This document shows positions 1-9,539 of a stretch of 64,000 nt of DNA, in pieces. Each line of letters begins with the position of its first letter. The first letter of the stretch is position 1. The notes under the pieces were generated by a model. That model worked only from the letters and a program-made list of their open reading frames with translations. It did no database searches and was not told the DNA's origin. A program made the translations under genes and the position numbers. This stretch comes from an uncultured Candidatus Saccharibacteria bacterium (lineage in GTDB: Bacteria > Patescibacteriota > Andersenbacteria > UBA10190): NCBI GenBank assembly GCA_964359735.1, contig CAYHTZ010000006.1, positions 3,898 to 67,897 of the forward strand. The letters are read 5' to 3'.

Positions 1-30
1 GTATTCCGCCCGGCGGCCTGGATAACACGC

Positions 31-375
31 ATGCTTACTCCCGGCGTGGTCATAATTTTCGCCGTGGCGGCGGTGGGGCTCGTGGTAGGCGGGTACATTG
101 TGTGGCAGGTGCAATCCTTTTTTCGCCTGCCTCGACTGACTTTAGTTGAACCAGCCGGCGTAATTGTGGCCACCGATGAGCTTACGGTACGAGGGTTGGC
201 AGAGGCCGGGGCGCAGGTAACAGTGAACGGGCAAGCGGTACTTCTCTCTGAAGGTGGCCAGTTTGAAATGAAGCTGATTCTCCACCCGGGAGTGAATGTG
301 CTCCGGCTTGAAGCGCAGAACGCGGCGGAGCGAAAGCGTGTCTTGGAGAAGCACTTGCTTTTGCCGCGCAGTTAA
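31..375 (+). CDS. hypothetical membrane-anchored protein (N-terminal TM helix) upstream of recA
   Basis: ORF with hydrophobic N-terminus MLTPGVVIIFAVAAVGLVVGGYIVW; no recognisable motif. Confidence 0.45.
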   Translation: MLTPGVVIIFAVAAVGLVVGGYIVWQVQSFFRLPRLTLVEPAGVIVATDELTVRGLAEAGAQVTVNGQAVLLSEGGQFEMKLILHPGVNVLRLEAQNAAERKRVLEKHLLLPRS

Positions 376-387
376 GGGTACGGTGAA

Positions 388-1482
388 GTGATGGCAAAAG
401 CGGCCCTTCAACAAGCTCCCGCCGCCGCTAAAGCTCCGGCGGGCAAGCAGGGTAAAGTCCAAGATCCAGCTAAGGCGCGGGCAGCGGCGGTTACCTCGGC
501 GCTAGAAGAGATTAAAGAACGCTTTGGCGAGGGCGCCATTATGCGCCTGGGAGAAGTAAAGCGGGTGGATATTGATGCGATTCCCACCGGTTCCATTTCT
601 TTAGATGTAGCGCTGGGGATTGGCGGTGTACCCAAGGGCAGAATTATTGAGATCTACGGTCCGGAGTCGAGCGGGAAGAGTACGTTGGCGCTCCACATTG
701 CTGCCAACGCGCAGCGGAGAGGCGGAGTAGTAGCCTACGTGGATGCCGAGCATGCCCTTGACCCGCAGTATGCCAAGCGCTTGGGTGTGAATGTCGAGGA
801 GCTTCTGATTAGCCAGCCGGATGCGGGCGAGCAAGCGCTGGATATTGTGGAAGCCTTGGTGCGTGCTGGAGGCTTGGATTTAATTGTGGTGGATTCAGTG
901 GCGGCACTCACCCCGCGAGCTGAAATCGAAGGAGAGATGGGAGATTCACACATGGGCCTGCAAGCGCGTCTCATGAGCCAGGCGCTGCGGAAGCTGACGG
1001 GAGTGGCGGCTAAGACAGGCACCACCGTGATTTTCATTAACCAAATTCGACTCAAGATCGGCGTCATGTTCGGCAACCCGGAGGAAACAACGGGGGGCAA
1101 GGCGCTCAAGTTTTACTCCTCGGTGAGAATTGAAGTGCGCCGCCGCGCTCAAATTAAAATGGGGGAGGATAAAATTATCGGCAGCCGTATCAAAGCTAAA
1201 GTCGTAAAGAACAAGGTGGCGCCTCCCTTCCGGGTGGCGGAGTTCGATATCATGTACAACGAAGGTATCAGCTACGAAGGAGATTTAATCGATATGGGAC
1301 TGGCTCACAAGATTGTGCAGAAGTCGGGCAGCTGGCTCACCTGGGGCGATGTGAAGCTCGGCCAAGGGCGAGAGGCTGCTAAGCAGACGCTCAGGAACAA
1401 TAAGAAGTTGGCTAAAGATATAGCCGCCCAGATTTGGAAAGCAGTGGAGGAATCAGAACGGCAAGAGGCGCAGGCCCGCTAA
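388..1482 (+). CDS. recA: recombinase RecA
   Basis: Walker [10 protein letters not shown], conserved RecA blocks ([29 protein letters not shown]) over full length. Confidence 0.97.
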   Translation: MMAKAALQQAPAAAKAPAGKQGKVQDPAKARAAAVTSALEEIKERFGEGAIMRLGEVKRVDIDAIPTGSISLDVALGIGGVPKGRIIEIYGPESSGKSTLALHIAANAQRRGGVVAYVDAEHALDPQYAKRLGVNVEELLISQPDAGEQALDIVEALVRAGGLDLIVVDSVAALTPRAEIEGEMGDSHMGLQARLMSQALRKLTGVAAKTGTTVIFINQIRLKIGVMFGNPEETTGGKALKFYSSVRIEVRRRAQIKMGEDKIIGSRIKAKVVKNKVAPPFRVAEFDIMYNEGISYEGDLIDMGLAHKIVQKSGSWLTWGDVKLGQGREAAKQTLRNNKKLAKDIAAQIWKAVEESERQEAQAR

Positions 1483-1492
1483 CCTCACCGGC

Positions 1493-1816
1493 TTAGAAGG
1501 AGAAGTCGACTCTACCGAGGTGGGGTCGGATGAGGTCATCAGGTGCCGTGCGGTTGCGGGAGATTTTGCCGCAGGCTTCACACTGGTGAATGAGGTCAAG
1601 GTTATCGGGGTCAGTGCCTTCGATCCGTACCAGCTTCATGCATCCGCCGCAGGTAGAGGCGCGGTCGCCGGGCAAGGCGTCGTCCACATGTTTGGAAGTT
1701 AGGCACTGGGGGCAATGGTTACGAAATGTACCCTTCGCGGGACCGACTTGGGCGTGGCAAGATTCACACGTAAAGCCTTCGTTGATGGGTATAAAGTTTT
1801 TTCTTTGCTGAGACAC
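1493..1816 (-). CDS. RNHCP domain-containing protein (small zinc-ribbon-like)
   Basis: Literal RNHCPQCL motif plus CESCH and CEAC cysteine pairs; about 107 aa as typical for this family. Confidence 0.65.
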   Translation of the reverse strand: MSQQRKNFIPINEGFTCESCHAQVGPAKGTFRNHCPQCLTSKHVDDALPGDRASTCGGCMKLVRIEGTDPDNLDLIHQCEACGKISRNRTAPDDLIRPHLGRVDFSF

Positions 1817-1820
1817 ACCG

Positions 1821-2225
1821 CTAGTCGATTAGGTTTTTCGCTTTGAGGTTGTCGAATACGAGCTGGCCCGCCCGGCCAATCTGCGGCCGCATGCTATACG
1901 GGGCGTAGTTGATTTCCTCAATTTCGTTGCTGGGTGAAAGGGTGCCTTTGTACGTGCCGGTATAGCACGTGAGCCGCGCGATGGTGCCGGGCGGTTGCCC
2001 ATGAGCTTGGCCTTCAAAGGTGCCATAGTGAGCGAGGCTCCTCAGATCCAGCGCGACAGATAGTTCCTCTTGTATCTCTCGCAGCAAGGCGGCCTGGTCG
2101 CTCTCATCGCCTTGCCGTTTCCCACCGGGCATGTACCAGGCATCTTTCCCGCGCGTGCGCGTGACTAAGACTTTGCGGTCTTGAATTTCAATCCAAGCCA
2201 GCTTATCGATAGCGGGCTTTGCCAT
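1821..2225 (-). CDS. NUDIX hydrolase
   Basis: Nudix box GGKRQGDESDQAALLREIQEELSV; start moved to internal ATG (MAKPAIDK) directly after rpsR. Confidence 0.8.
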   Translation of the reverse strand: MAKPAIDKLAWIEIQDRKVLVTRTRGKDAWYMPGGKRQGDESDQAALLREIQEELSVALDLRSLAHYGTFEGQAHGQPPGTIARLTCYTGTYKGTLSPSNEIEEINYAPYSMRPQIGRAGQLVFDNLKAKNLID

Positions 2226-2230
2226 GGCTC

Positions 2231-2446
2231 CTAGTGTCCCCGGTACGGGAGGAGCCCCATTTCTCGAGCGCGCTTGATTTCGCGAGACAGCCGGCGCTGA
2301 TGGCGGGCGCATGTACCCGTCTTTTTGCGGGGTAAAATTTTGTGCTGGCCACTGATGAAGCGCCGGAGCAGTTCAGTGTCTCGGAGTGTTACCTCTTCAA
2401 GGTTTTGGGCGCAAAAGAAACAAATTGAGCTCCGGGAGCGTTTCAT
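2231..2446 (-). CDS. rpsR: 30S ribosomal protein S18
   Basis: LRRFISGQHKILPRKKTGTCARHQRRLSREIKRAREMGLLPY matches the S18 core; sits in the rpsF-ssb-rpsR operon. Confidence 0.92.
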   Translation of the reverse strand: MKRSRSSICFFCAQNLEEVTLRDTELLRRFISGQHKILPRKKTGTCARHQRRLSREIKRAREMGLLPYRGH

Positions 2447-2449
2447 GGC

Positions 2450-2920
2450 TTAAAAGGGAATGTCTTCGATACGGATTTCTTCGTCGGCTACGCCGGCTGC
2501 AGGAGCAGCTACCATGGCTGGCTCACGCTTTTCTTCCACCGGTTGATCGCTGCTTGCTCCGCGATCAGCGCCAGCTGACTTTGTGGAGTCTCCTTTATTG
2601 CCCAACATAATCATGTTATCGGCAATAACTTCTGTGCGGTAACGTTTCTGGCCATTTTGATCTTCCCAATTGCGGGTTTCGAGGTGTCCTTCTAGGTAAA
2701 TTTGACGACCTTTAGCGAGATATTGAGCGCAGATTTCGCCGAGGCGCCGCCAGGCCACTATGTTATGAAATTCGGTGCGGTCTTGGGTGTTTCCTTGGTC
2801 ATCCTTCCAAGTGCGGCTGGTGGCCAGAGAAAAATTGCACACGGTGACGCCCTGGGGAGTGGTGCGGGATTCCGGGTCCCGGGTTAAGCGGCCAATCAGC
2901 ATCACTTTATTGAGATCCAT
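2450..2920 (-). CDS. ssb: single-stranded DNA-binding protein
   Basis: OB-fold SSB N-terminus (MLIGRLTRDPE...TEFHNIVAWRRLGE), Gly/acidic tail ending DIPF. Confidence 0.95.
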   Translation of the reverse strand: MDLNKVMLIGRLTRDPESRTTPQGVTVCNFSLATSRTWKDDQGNTQDRTEFHNIVAWRRLGEICAQYLAKGRQIYLEGHLETRNWEDQNGQKRYRTEVIADNMIMLGNKGDSTKSAGADRGASSDQPVEEKREPAMVAAPAAGVADEEIRIEDIPF

Positions 2921-2924
2921 ACAT

Positions 2925-3368
2925 TTATTTTACCTCTTCTTCGAGTGCCTTCTCGATGCCTTTCTCCACTTCCTCCATCGTTACTGGCTTAGCTGGGGCT
3001 GCCTTACTCGTTACCGGAGCAGGAGTAGGACGGCCTTTGCTTCCGCGGAGCTGGTCAAGAATGGTGGCGGGGACTTCGGAGCGGCGGGGAGTGTTCAAAA
3101 TGGAGAAACGGAGCAAGCCGGCGTGCTTTTTGAAGAAGGTTTTGAGCTCCTCCACCTGGCTTGACTCTAGCTCAACTTGCAGCGCCCGCATGCCGGCTGT
3201 GCGCTTACCCGCTACGGGGTAAAAAAGCCGGCGGGGGGTATGGGGGGAGGAGAAGCTGGCACTGCCTCCAAGATCGCGGATAGCACCATCTACCTCAGCA
3301 TCAAGCTGAGCGCGAGCTTCTTCGGCGATCTCGCCGTCACTAATATAGGTGATTTCGTACTGGGCCAT
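2925..3368 (-). CDS. rpsF: 30S ribosomal protein S6
   Basis: Canonical S6 start MAQYEITYI; start trimmed to that ATG; operon order rpsF-ssb-rpsR. Confidence 0.9.
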   Translation of the reverse strand: MAQYEITYISDGEIAEEARAQLDAEVDGAIRDLGGSASFSSPHTPRRLFYPVAGKRTAGMRALQVELESSQVEELKTFFKKHAGLLRFSILNTPRRSEVPATILDQLRGSKGRPTPAPVTSKAAPAKPVTMEEVEKGIEKALEEEVK

Positions 3369-3412
3369 GGTGCAGAAAAAATATACCAAACGGACCAAAA
3401 AGTCAAAAGTGT

Positions 3413-3455
3413 CACCCCACTTCGCCCCACCGGCTGGCGGGGCTTCGCGGGGCGT
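3413..3455. repeat. copy A of short GC-rich repeat CCCCACTTCGC-spacer-GCTTCGCGGGGC (intergenic, ychF/rpsF)
   Basis: The same two half-sites occur at 3853-3881 and 8764-8790. Confidence 0.5.
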
Positions 3456-3457
3456 GG

Positions 3458-4420
3458 TTACACCGCGAACTTAAAGATCACCACATCTCCGTCCTGAACC
3501 ACGTATTCTTTGCCTTCATCGCGCAGCAGCCCGCGAGCTCTAGCGGCCGCGTAGGAGCCGGCAGAAAGGAGGTCCTGCCAGGCGATTGTCTCGGCGCGGA
3601 TAAATCCTCGCTCCATGTCAGAGTGGACTTTACCAGCGGCTTCAGGGGCCTTCGTGCCTTGCCGTACTGTCCAAGCGCGGGTTTCTTTTGGTCCGGTGGT
3701 TAGGAAGGTAATGAGGTTGAGAAGAGAATAACTGGCTTGAATAAGACGGTTGAGGCCAGTGTCTGCCAGGCCGTATTCCTGTAAGAAGGTAGCGCGCTCT
3801 TCGTCAGAGAGTTCAACCAACTCCTGCTCGATTTTTATGGAAATAGGGAGTACCCCACTTCGCTCGGAAGCTTCGCGGGGCGCAGCGGGCGAGATCTTAC
3901 CCTTGAACTCAGCAATAATGGCATCGGCGTTTTGCATTTGAGTTTCCGAAAGATTTGCTATGTACAACGTGGGTTTGGTTGAAAGTTTTGGCGTGTCTTC
4001 TTTGGTGTTTAAGTCAGCTAGCTCGAGCTCGGTGCGGATCGTTTCCACATCGTCGATCGGGTTTACCCGATTCATAACGTGGGTAATACTGGGGTCTTCA
4101 AAGAACCGGACTACATGGGCAATGGCGTCTACTTCCCGGATGTGGGAGAGAAATTGATTGCCCAGCCCCTCGCCTTGGTGCGCGTTCTTCACCAGGCCGG
4201 CGATGTCTACAAACTCAACGCTGGTGGGCACGATTTTTTCAGATTTGCTCATGGCCGCCAGTTTTTCTAGGCGCTCGTCGGGCACAGGCACCACGCCGAC
4301 ATTCGGGTCAATGGTGGTAAACGGGACATTCCGCGCCGCCACCGCTTGCTTAGTAAGCGCGTTAAATAAGGTAGACTTGCCCACATTGGGGAGACCAACA
4401 ATACCGATTCTTAAGCTCAT
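3458..4420 (-). CDS. ychF: ribosome-binding ATPase YchF (Obg-family GTPase)
   Basis: G1 GIVGLPNVGKSTLFNALT, G-domain and C-terminal TGS domain (DMERGFIRAE...DGDVVIFKF). Confidence 0.95.
   Translation of the reverse strand: MSLRIGIVGLPNVGKSTLFNALTKQAVAARNVPFTTIDPNVGVVPVPDERLEKLAAMSKSEKIVPTSVEFVDIAGLVKNAHQGEGLGNQFLSHIREVDAIAHVVRFFEDPSITHVMNRVNPIDDVETIRTELELADLNTKEDTPKLSTKPTLYIANLSETQMQNADAIIAEFKGKISPAAPREASERSGVLPISIKIEQELVELSDEERATFLQEYGLADTGLNRLIQASYSLLNLITFLTTGPKETRAWTVRQGTKAPEAAGKVHSDMERGFIRAETIAWQDLLSAGSYAAARARGLLRDEGKEYVVQDGDVVIFKFAV
3853..3881. repeat. copy B of the CCCCACTTCGC/GCTTCGCGGGGC repeat, embedded in-frame in ychF
   Basis: Encodes the extra peptide SPAAPREASER relative to canonical YchF between the G-domain and the coiled coil. 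Confidence 0.5.
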
Positions 4421-4571
4421 ATCCCAACCTTTCGGTGGTTAGCGGTATGTGACCCCATATTTCACCTTTCTTTTGCCCATATATGACTACTTTATCAATT
4501 AGTTCCCTTATTACAGCTGTTCTGTTGCGAAAATCAAGTTTGAGAAAGATACTTTGTTGTACTAATCCGAC

Positions 4572-5519
4572 CTAAATCATGCTTTGTCCTTTGTGTGGTT
4601 TGTATTCAGAGAAGGGTGTTAAAGCAATGAAGTTAGAGTTGTTTTTTCGATAACAAAATTTGTTATCTATAACTTCAACTTCTTGGACTAACTCCAAGTC
4701 TTTTGGGTCGCCAGTTCTTGATATATAGGTCTTGTTGCTTCCCATGAAAGTACCTGGAACACTGTTTGGTAAAGTGCCAACCATTAACGTGATTACGCCA
4801 CCCCCTACAGTGGGCAGTTCTTTGGTGGCTGCCGTTGAAAAAATGAAAGCAGCTAGTACACCCGTTTCTCGTATGACGTTGCCGCACCCTTTCTCGAACT
4901 CTAATTGACCAATGAGGGTTGAGGGTACGTCTTCCTTCGAGAATCCTTTTGGACCGTAAGCCAAGTATTCACCCCAATCAGTGTCTTCGATTTTTAATAG
5001 GTTTTCTTTGGGGGATATTTGTACCCCGAATAAACGGCTGTGTGGCACTGGCAGTTCTGGGTATGGGTTGGGATTGTTCCCTTTAGCTTTAAGTCCCTCA
5101 TAAATTACAGGCTTCAGTTCCATTTGGGTGCCTGTAGTGTCTTGAAAATGCTTAACTTTCTTGATTAACTGTTTTCCAGAAATTATTTTCCTTTTGTCTG
5201 GATCAATGCCAGCAAATAACAAGCAAGACTTTGCGTAGTGATGTGATTCAAGATATTTATTGATAGTTTGTTTAATCCACCCCTCTATCCCTGCTCGGAA
5301 CTGATCAATAGGGAGTTTTGGAATTGGATCCGCTTTTAACTTTTTAAAAAGATATTGAGCAAGTGCGAGGTCACCAGCGGCCGCAACAAGAAGATTATTA
5401 TGTATGTTTTCTATCTTGAGGATGTCATCCTTGCTATCACCTGATACGGTTTTAGTTAATCGAGTATCGGCTGCTAGATAAATTCGGTCTGATAAATTAG
5501 CTCCGAATATCAATGACAT
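4572..5519 (-). CDS. hypothetical protein (orphan ORF in a low-GC island)
   Basis: AT-rich K/N/I-rich ORF; start set at ATG (MSLIFGANLSD) preceded by GAGGAGG about 9 nt upstream; no recognisable domain. Confidence 0.6.
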   Translation of the reverse strand: MSLIFGANLSDRIYLAADTRLTKTVSGDSKDDILKIENIHNNLLVAAAGDLALAQYLFKKLKADPIPKLPIDQFRAGIEGWIKQTINKYLESHHYAKSCLLFAGIDPDKRKIISGKQLIKKVKHFQDTTGTQMELKPVIYEGLKAKGNNPNPYPELPVPHSRLFGVQISPKENLLKIEDTDWGEYLAYGPKGFSKEDVPSTLIGQLEFEKGCGNVIRETGVLAAFIFSTAATKELPTVGGGVITLMVGTLPNSVPGTFMGSNKTYISRTGDPKDLELVQEVEVIDNKFCYRKNNSNFIALTPFSEYKPHKGQSMI

Positions 5520-5971
5520 ATTAGGTGTCCTCCTCAAGGTTTAGGGTAGTCAAATACCAGATGGAATTTCATCGATTCAAAGGTTGGGATGGAAGCGTTA
5601 CTATCCCTACTCTTAGGTTCATATCCCACTTTTTCGGTTAGTTTGCATAATGTGTTAGATGGTAACGGAATGTGGATAACAACTTCAACTTCCTTTCTAT
5701 TCTACCTAACAAATACCCCGACCGTCAGCTCGGGGAAGTTTATGGGAAGCCATTTAACAGCAGTACGGGCTACTACTGGAATGTAATACTGTAGTAGGAA
5801 GGTGTTTTTGCGGGAATGCCCTTGTTGGGTATAAAGAATCTTTGCAGGATTACTTGCGTGATTATTGCGCGATTCTAGTTAAGTGGCTATATAGGTCGGC
5901 TACAAGTGATTATGTATACGGGACCCAAACGCCAAGCAGGTAGCGCAAAGTAGGATATTTCTTGGGAAGGC

Positions 5972-8605
5972 TTACAACCCGGTCACAGCTTTAATCTTAT
6001 GCCTGGTTTTGGGACCGACGTATCCTAGGGCTGGCTGAACGTTGTGTTTTTTCTGAAAGGTGGTTACGGCATTCTTGGTCGACAGATCAAAGAGAGTGGT
6101 CAAGGAGCGTTCGCTGTAGCTACCTTCATAGATCAGGAATTGCTGCAAGGCGGCTACTTCCGCACCGCTGTCGCCATACTGCAAATCTTTTTCAAACAAT
6201 AACAAATCTTCCGGTACCTCCAGACGAACAAGCGACTCCGAGACCACATTGAGTTTAGCGCGCGTTGCCTGATCAGTTATGCCGGTTTGCGGTAGATTAT
6301 GTTTGGCTTGAAAGCGTTTCAGAGCAGTTTCCGTTAATGCCCCAAAGTAGCCGGTAATTGATTTTTCCGGATACAAGTCTTCGTCGGCGGCCAAGACCTC
6401 TTGCAAATGCTCGACTTCAATATCTTGATGACCCCGTCGCAAATCTTCAACAAAGTGTTCTTTCGCTACCCGTGGAATAATAAGCGGAACTTTACTCAGC
6501 TTGATCTGATTGCGTCCTTTAACCGCGCTTAACGAAACATTAATCCCTTTGGAGTACTGTCCGGCGCGATTATACGAGTAGAGTGTATAGTACGCCGTTT
6601 TGCCGTTGGTGACCGCGGTGTCGGTAAAGCTCTGACTGCGGCCCTGATAGACCACTTTGCCATCAGAGGGTGAGCTCGCATAGCCGCCAGCCTTTTTGAC
6701 GATCACCGTTCGCACAAAAGCACTGCTGGGAGAGTTTTGCCACGTTAAGGTAATTTGTTTATCTTCGCCAGAACCATTCAGAACAAACGGTGCATTGGTC
6801 GTTGATCCAGCCGAGTCTTCAGCTTCAGGTTCGTTGGCGCCGCTGCTGTCAGTTGTCTGGCCACTTGGTTCAAATGCAGGAGTGGCGTTAGTCACATTCG
6901 AGAGCGATGACCACGTTGTCTCTGCGTATTTTGATTTGAGCGCGAAATAGTAACGGGTGCCAGGCGTAAGACCAGCGACGATATATCTGCGCTGCGCTCC
7001 GTTTGGTTGTACATCGCCGTAGAGGACAGGTGTAGATTGGGCGCGATGAGCCTGGCTAAAATTAGCTTCAGTAATTGGCTCCTGACTATATCGAATGGTG
7101 TATTCCGCGGCGGTATCAGCATCAGCGTTCGCCACCTGCCAACTTAGCGTGGCCGAGGTTTGATCGTGCGTATTAACAGCTACATTTGTAATGGTATGGG
7201 GAGGCTGAAGGATGCTTACTCCTTCTTTTGAAGTATCAGCAGTGGTTGTAAAGGTGGAGTCGCTCGATTCGGTGATATTCCCCACTTCATCGACGGAGCG
7301 TACTCGGTAGTGATAGGTGGTGTCGGGTGTAAGATGAGCGAGGTGGACGCTATGAGCAGTAGTCCGCGTGGCCGAAGCAGCGCTGACTTGTCCGTAGGCA
7401 GTGCTCAGGCCGTACTCCACTTGTGAAGTAGCACCTTTATCTGTATGCCAAGTAACGGTAGTGGTTGAGCTTTCCACGGCCGAGGCGCTGACGGCAGAGA
7501 TGGTGGCCGGAGCAATGATAGTGGTCGGTTCAGCTAAGGTAGTAAACTCTTCATTGGCCGAGACGGTGGCAACCGTGCCGCCGAGCGGCTTTGACTTCAC
7601 ACGGAAGTAATAGCCGGTATTCGAAGCAAGATCAGTTACTGTCACCGAGTGAGTCGTCGTCAATTCTGAATGTAAGGGCGAAGTCTGGCCAAAGAACGCA
7701 TTATCGCCGTATTCAACTTGGGAGTCCGAGGGTACATTCGTATGCCAGGTGATTGTCACGCTGGAAGTGTCGATAGAGGCTGCTTCAATGAAGGAAAAAA
7801 CAACTGTTGAAGGACCGGTACTCTCCGGCACAATTTCACCAGTAGTAAAGGTATTGTCTGGGGTGACAGCCAAATTACCCGCTTCGTCGCTTGATGCGAT
7901 GCGATAGTGATACAGGGTATTGAGGGAAAGATTCGACAGAGTAATGGCGTGAGTTACTGCCAAGTTTGCATCAAACGGCGAGACTGCGCCATAGCTAGCT
8001 GTGGTACCGTACTCAACTTCGCCATTCGCCACCTCGGTAGTTGTCCAGTTAATGGTAGCCGAAGAAGTCGTAAGAGAAGTGATGGTAACTGTTTCAATGG
8101 TGGGTGGGTTAGCATCAACTGCGGTCGGGACTGTGTCAGTAGTAAATGAGTGGCCGCAGGACTGACTCGCATTGCCCGTAATATCCGTAGCATGAATGCA
8201 GTAGTAATACGTGCTGCCAGCGGTGAGGTTCAGAATCGTGGCTGTGTGAACGAGCAGAGCCCCGGTGCCAAGGGTAACGCTATGGCCATAAGTAGTGGTG
8301 GACCCATACTCCAAGCGGGAAGTGGCCACCTCATCGGTGGACCAGACAATAGTGGCTTCAATGGGTAACAAGGAGGCTTCAGCCACGTTAGAGATGACGG
8401 GTGGGGTGGTGTCGCCAGGCGCTATAATCGGGGCGACTGTTTCAGTGACAGGTGGTGTGGTTGGTACAGATGTTGCCTCCGGAGTCGTGACAGGGGTAAT
8501 TTCTGGAGTGGGCAGCGGCGGGTTAAGTTCAACTTGCGCGTACGCTGGAAAGATATTCAGGCTTAGCAGAGTTATGACCAGCAGGGGCGCAAAGGATTTT
8601 TTCAT
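5972..8605 (-). CDS. secreted cell-surface protein with 4-5 fibronectin type III-like repeats and two C-terminal peptidoglycan-binding (PG_binding_1-like) domains
   Basis: Signal peptide MKKSFAPLLVITLLSLNIFPAYA; repeated about 90-aa units (INWTT.EVANGEVEYG...YHYR); C-terminal LQ.FL repeats typical of PG-binding domains. Confidence 0.8.
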   Translation of the reverse strand: MKKSFAPLLVITLLSLNIFPAYAQVELNPPLPTPEITPVTTPEATSVPTTPPVTETVAPIIAPGDTTPPVISNVAEASLLPIEATIVWSTDEVATSRLEYGSTTTYGHSVTLGTGALLVHTATILNLTAGSTYYYCIHATDITGNASQSCGHSFTTDTVPTAVDANPPTIETVTITSLTTSSATINWTTTEVANGEVEYGTTASYGAVSPFDANLAVTHAITLSNLSLNTLYHYRIASSDEAGNLAVTPDNTFTTGEIVPESTGPSTVVFSFIEAASIDTSSVTITWHTNVPSDSQVEYGDNAFFGQTSPLHSELTTTHSVTVTDLASNTGYYFRVKSKPLGGTVATVSANEEFTTLAEPTTIIAPATISAVSASAVESSTTTVTWHTDKGATSQVEYGLSTAYGQVSAASATRTTAHSVHLAHLTPDTTYHYRVRSVDEVGNITESSDSTFTTTADTSKEGVSILQPPHTITNVAVNTHDQTSATLSWQVANADADTAAEYTIRYSQEPITEANFSQAHRAQSTPVLYGDVQPNGAQRRYIVAGLTPGTRYYFALKSKYAETTWSSLSNVTNATPAFEPSGQTTDSSGANEPEAEDSAGSTTNAPFVLNGSGEDKQITLTWQNSPSSAFVRTVIVKKAGGYASSPSDGKVVYQGRSQSFTDTAVTNGKTAYYTLYSYNRAGQYSKGINVSLSAVKGRNQIKLSKVPLIIPRVAKEHFVEDLRRGHQDIEVEHLQEVLAADEDLYPEKSITGYFGALTETALKRFQAKHNLPQTGITDQATRAKLNVVSESLVRLEVPEDLLLFEKDLQYGDSGAEVAALQQFLIYEGSYSERSLTTLFDLSTKNAVTTFQKKHNVQPALGYVGPKTRHKIKAVTGL

Positions 8606-8763
8606 GAGATTAGTGTGAAGTATAGCATGAGTTGGTATTCAGTTTTAGTAAGCGCTGGAGCTTGCGAATGCACAATCCGGCCTAAGTTATCGCGCTGCAC
8701 TATAATTCGCTCTCGGCGGGGCTTGGGCAGGGTAAGCGTGAGGGTAAAAGGAAGTAATTGAAA

Positions 8764-8790
8764 CCCCACTTCGCTAAAGCTTCGCGGGGC
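8764..8790. repeat. copy C of the CCCCACTTCGC/GCTTCGCGGGGC repeat (intergenic)
   Basis: aaaCCCCACTTCGCTaaAGCTTCGCGGGGCaag. Confidence 0.5.
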
Positions 8791-8839
8791 AAGAGTTGGG
8801 GTGGTACTCAGTCGATCCCTACTTTTAACGACATGACGG

Positions 8840-9316
8840 CTAGTAGCTGAGGGACATTGAGCCTTCGTGGGTGAAGCCGGCGCCCTCGCCAGTAAAACTG
8901 AATGGCACGGTTTTACTATCTTTATTAACGACTCCACTAAACTGCGCGCTGGCCGGTATATTCACAAAGAAAGGGCTACATGCTCCTGCCATCGTGCCGG
9001 AAATCGCCCCATTATTTTGACCACTGAAGGTGCCCTTTACTTTTCCTTCACATGTTCCTGAAACAGAACCGGTCACGGCTCCGCCTTCCAGGGGAATGTT
9101 GGCGGTTACGTTTACCGAGTAATCTTTGAATGAATACGTCCCGGTGGCCGTGACAGCTCCTTCAGGTTCGGGTTCTTCAAGTTTTCCTAGTAAGCAATCA
9201 AAAATATCTTCTTCACCGCTACAGTTTTCAAAATAGTAGCCGATAGCCTCGTTGCCACCGAGGATAATAATGATAAGGATAACTACTATTAAGGCTCCAC
9301 ATCCCATTTTCCCCAT
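8840..9316 (-). CDS. small membrane-anchored Gly/Thr-rich hypothetical protein
   Basis: N-terminal TM segment ALIVVILIIIILGG; ORF only. Confidence 0.5.
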   Translation of the reverse strand: MGKMGCGALIVVILIIIILGGNEAIGYYFENCSGEEDIFDCLLGKLEEPEPEGAVTATGTYSFKDYSVNVTANIPLEGGAVTGSVSGTCEGKVKGTFSGQNNGAISGTMAGACSPFFVNIPASAQFSGVVNKDSKTVPFSFTGEGAGFTHEGSMSLSY

Positions 9317-9427
9317 GAGGTTATTGAACCTGATTTTTGCGAAGTGGGCAAGGTGTGGTAGTGTGAAAATACAACTTTATAGCTCCAGGGTGGCGTGAAA
9401 TTCGCCAATCGGACGTATAGCCGTCGA

Positions 9428-9524
9428 CCCAGCACCCTTTCGAAAGGGTGCTGGGATGACCATGTGAGACTCATGGGCCGACCGTACAGTCGGGACCCCG
9501 CATATGCGGGGTGCGTAAGAACGC
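9428..9524 (+). promoter_or_regulatory. highly structured 5' leader (five tandem GC-rich hairpins) upstream of the DMT transporter gene; candidate cis-regulatory RNA or operator
   Basis: 13-bp perfect stem CCCAGCACCCTTT-CGAA-AAAGGGTGCTGGG (9428-9455), CCATG..CATGG (9460-9476), CCGAC..GTCGG (9478-9493), 16-bp palindrome CCCCGCATATGCGGGG (9496-9511), GCGT..ACGC (9513-9524), then SD AAAGGAG and ATG at 9540. Confidence 0.4.
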
Positions 9525-9539
9525 AGAAAGGAGTCAGGT

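Noticed and set aside
408-1152. Several 68-124 aa minus-strand ORFs inside recA
   Set aside because: Antisense to a full-length highly conserved RecA; typical high-GC shadow ORFs.
1483-1492. Terminator between convergent recA and the RNHCP gene
   Set aside because: Only 10 nt separate the two stop codons; no room for a hairpin outside coding sequence.
9428-9460. Possible tRNA (TTCGAA loop followed by ...ACCA)
   Set aside because: The stem is 13 bp (a T-arm is 5 bp), no D or anticodon arms could be drawn, and there is no 7-bp acceptor pairing.
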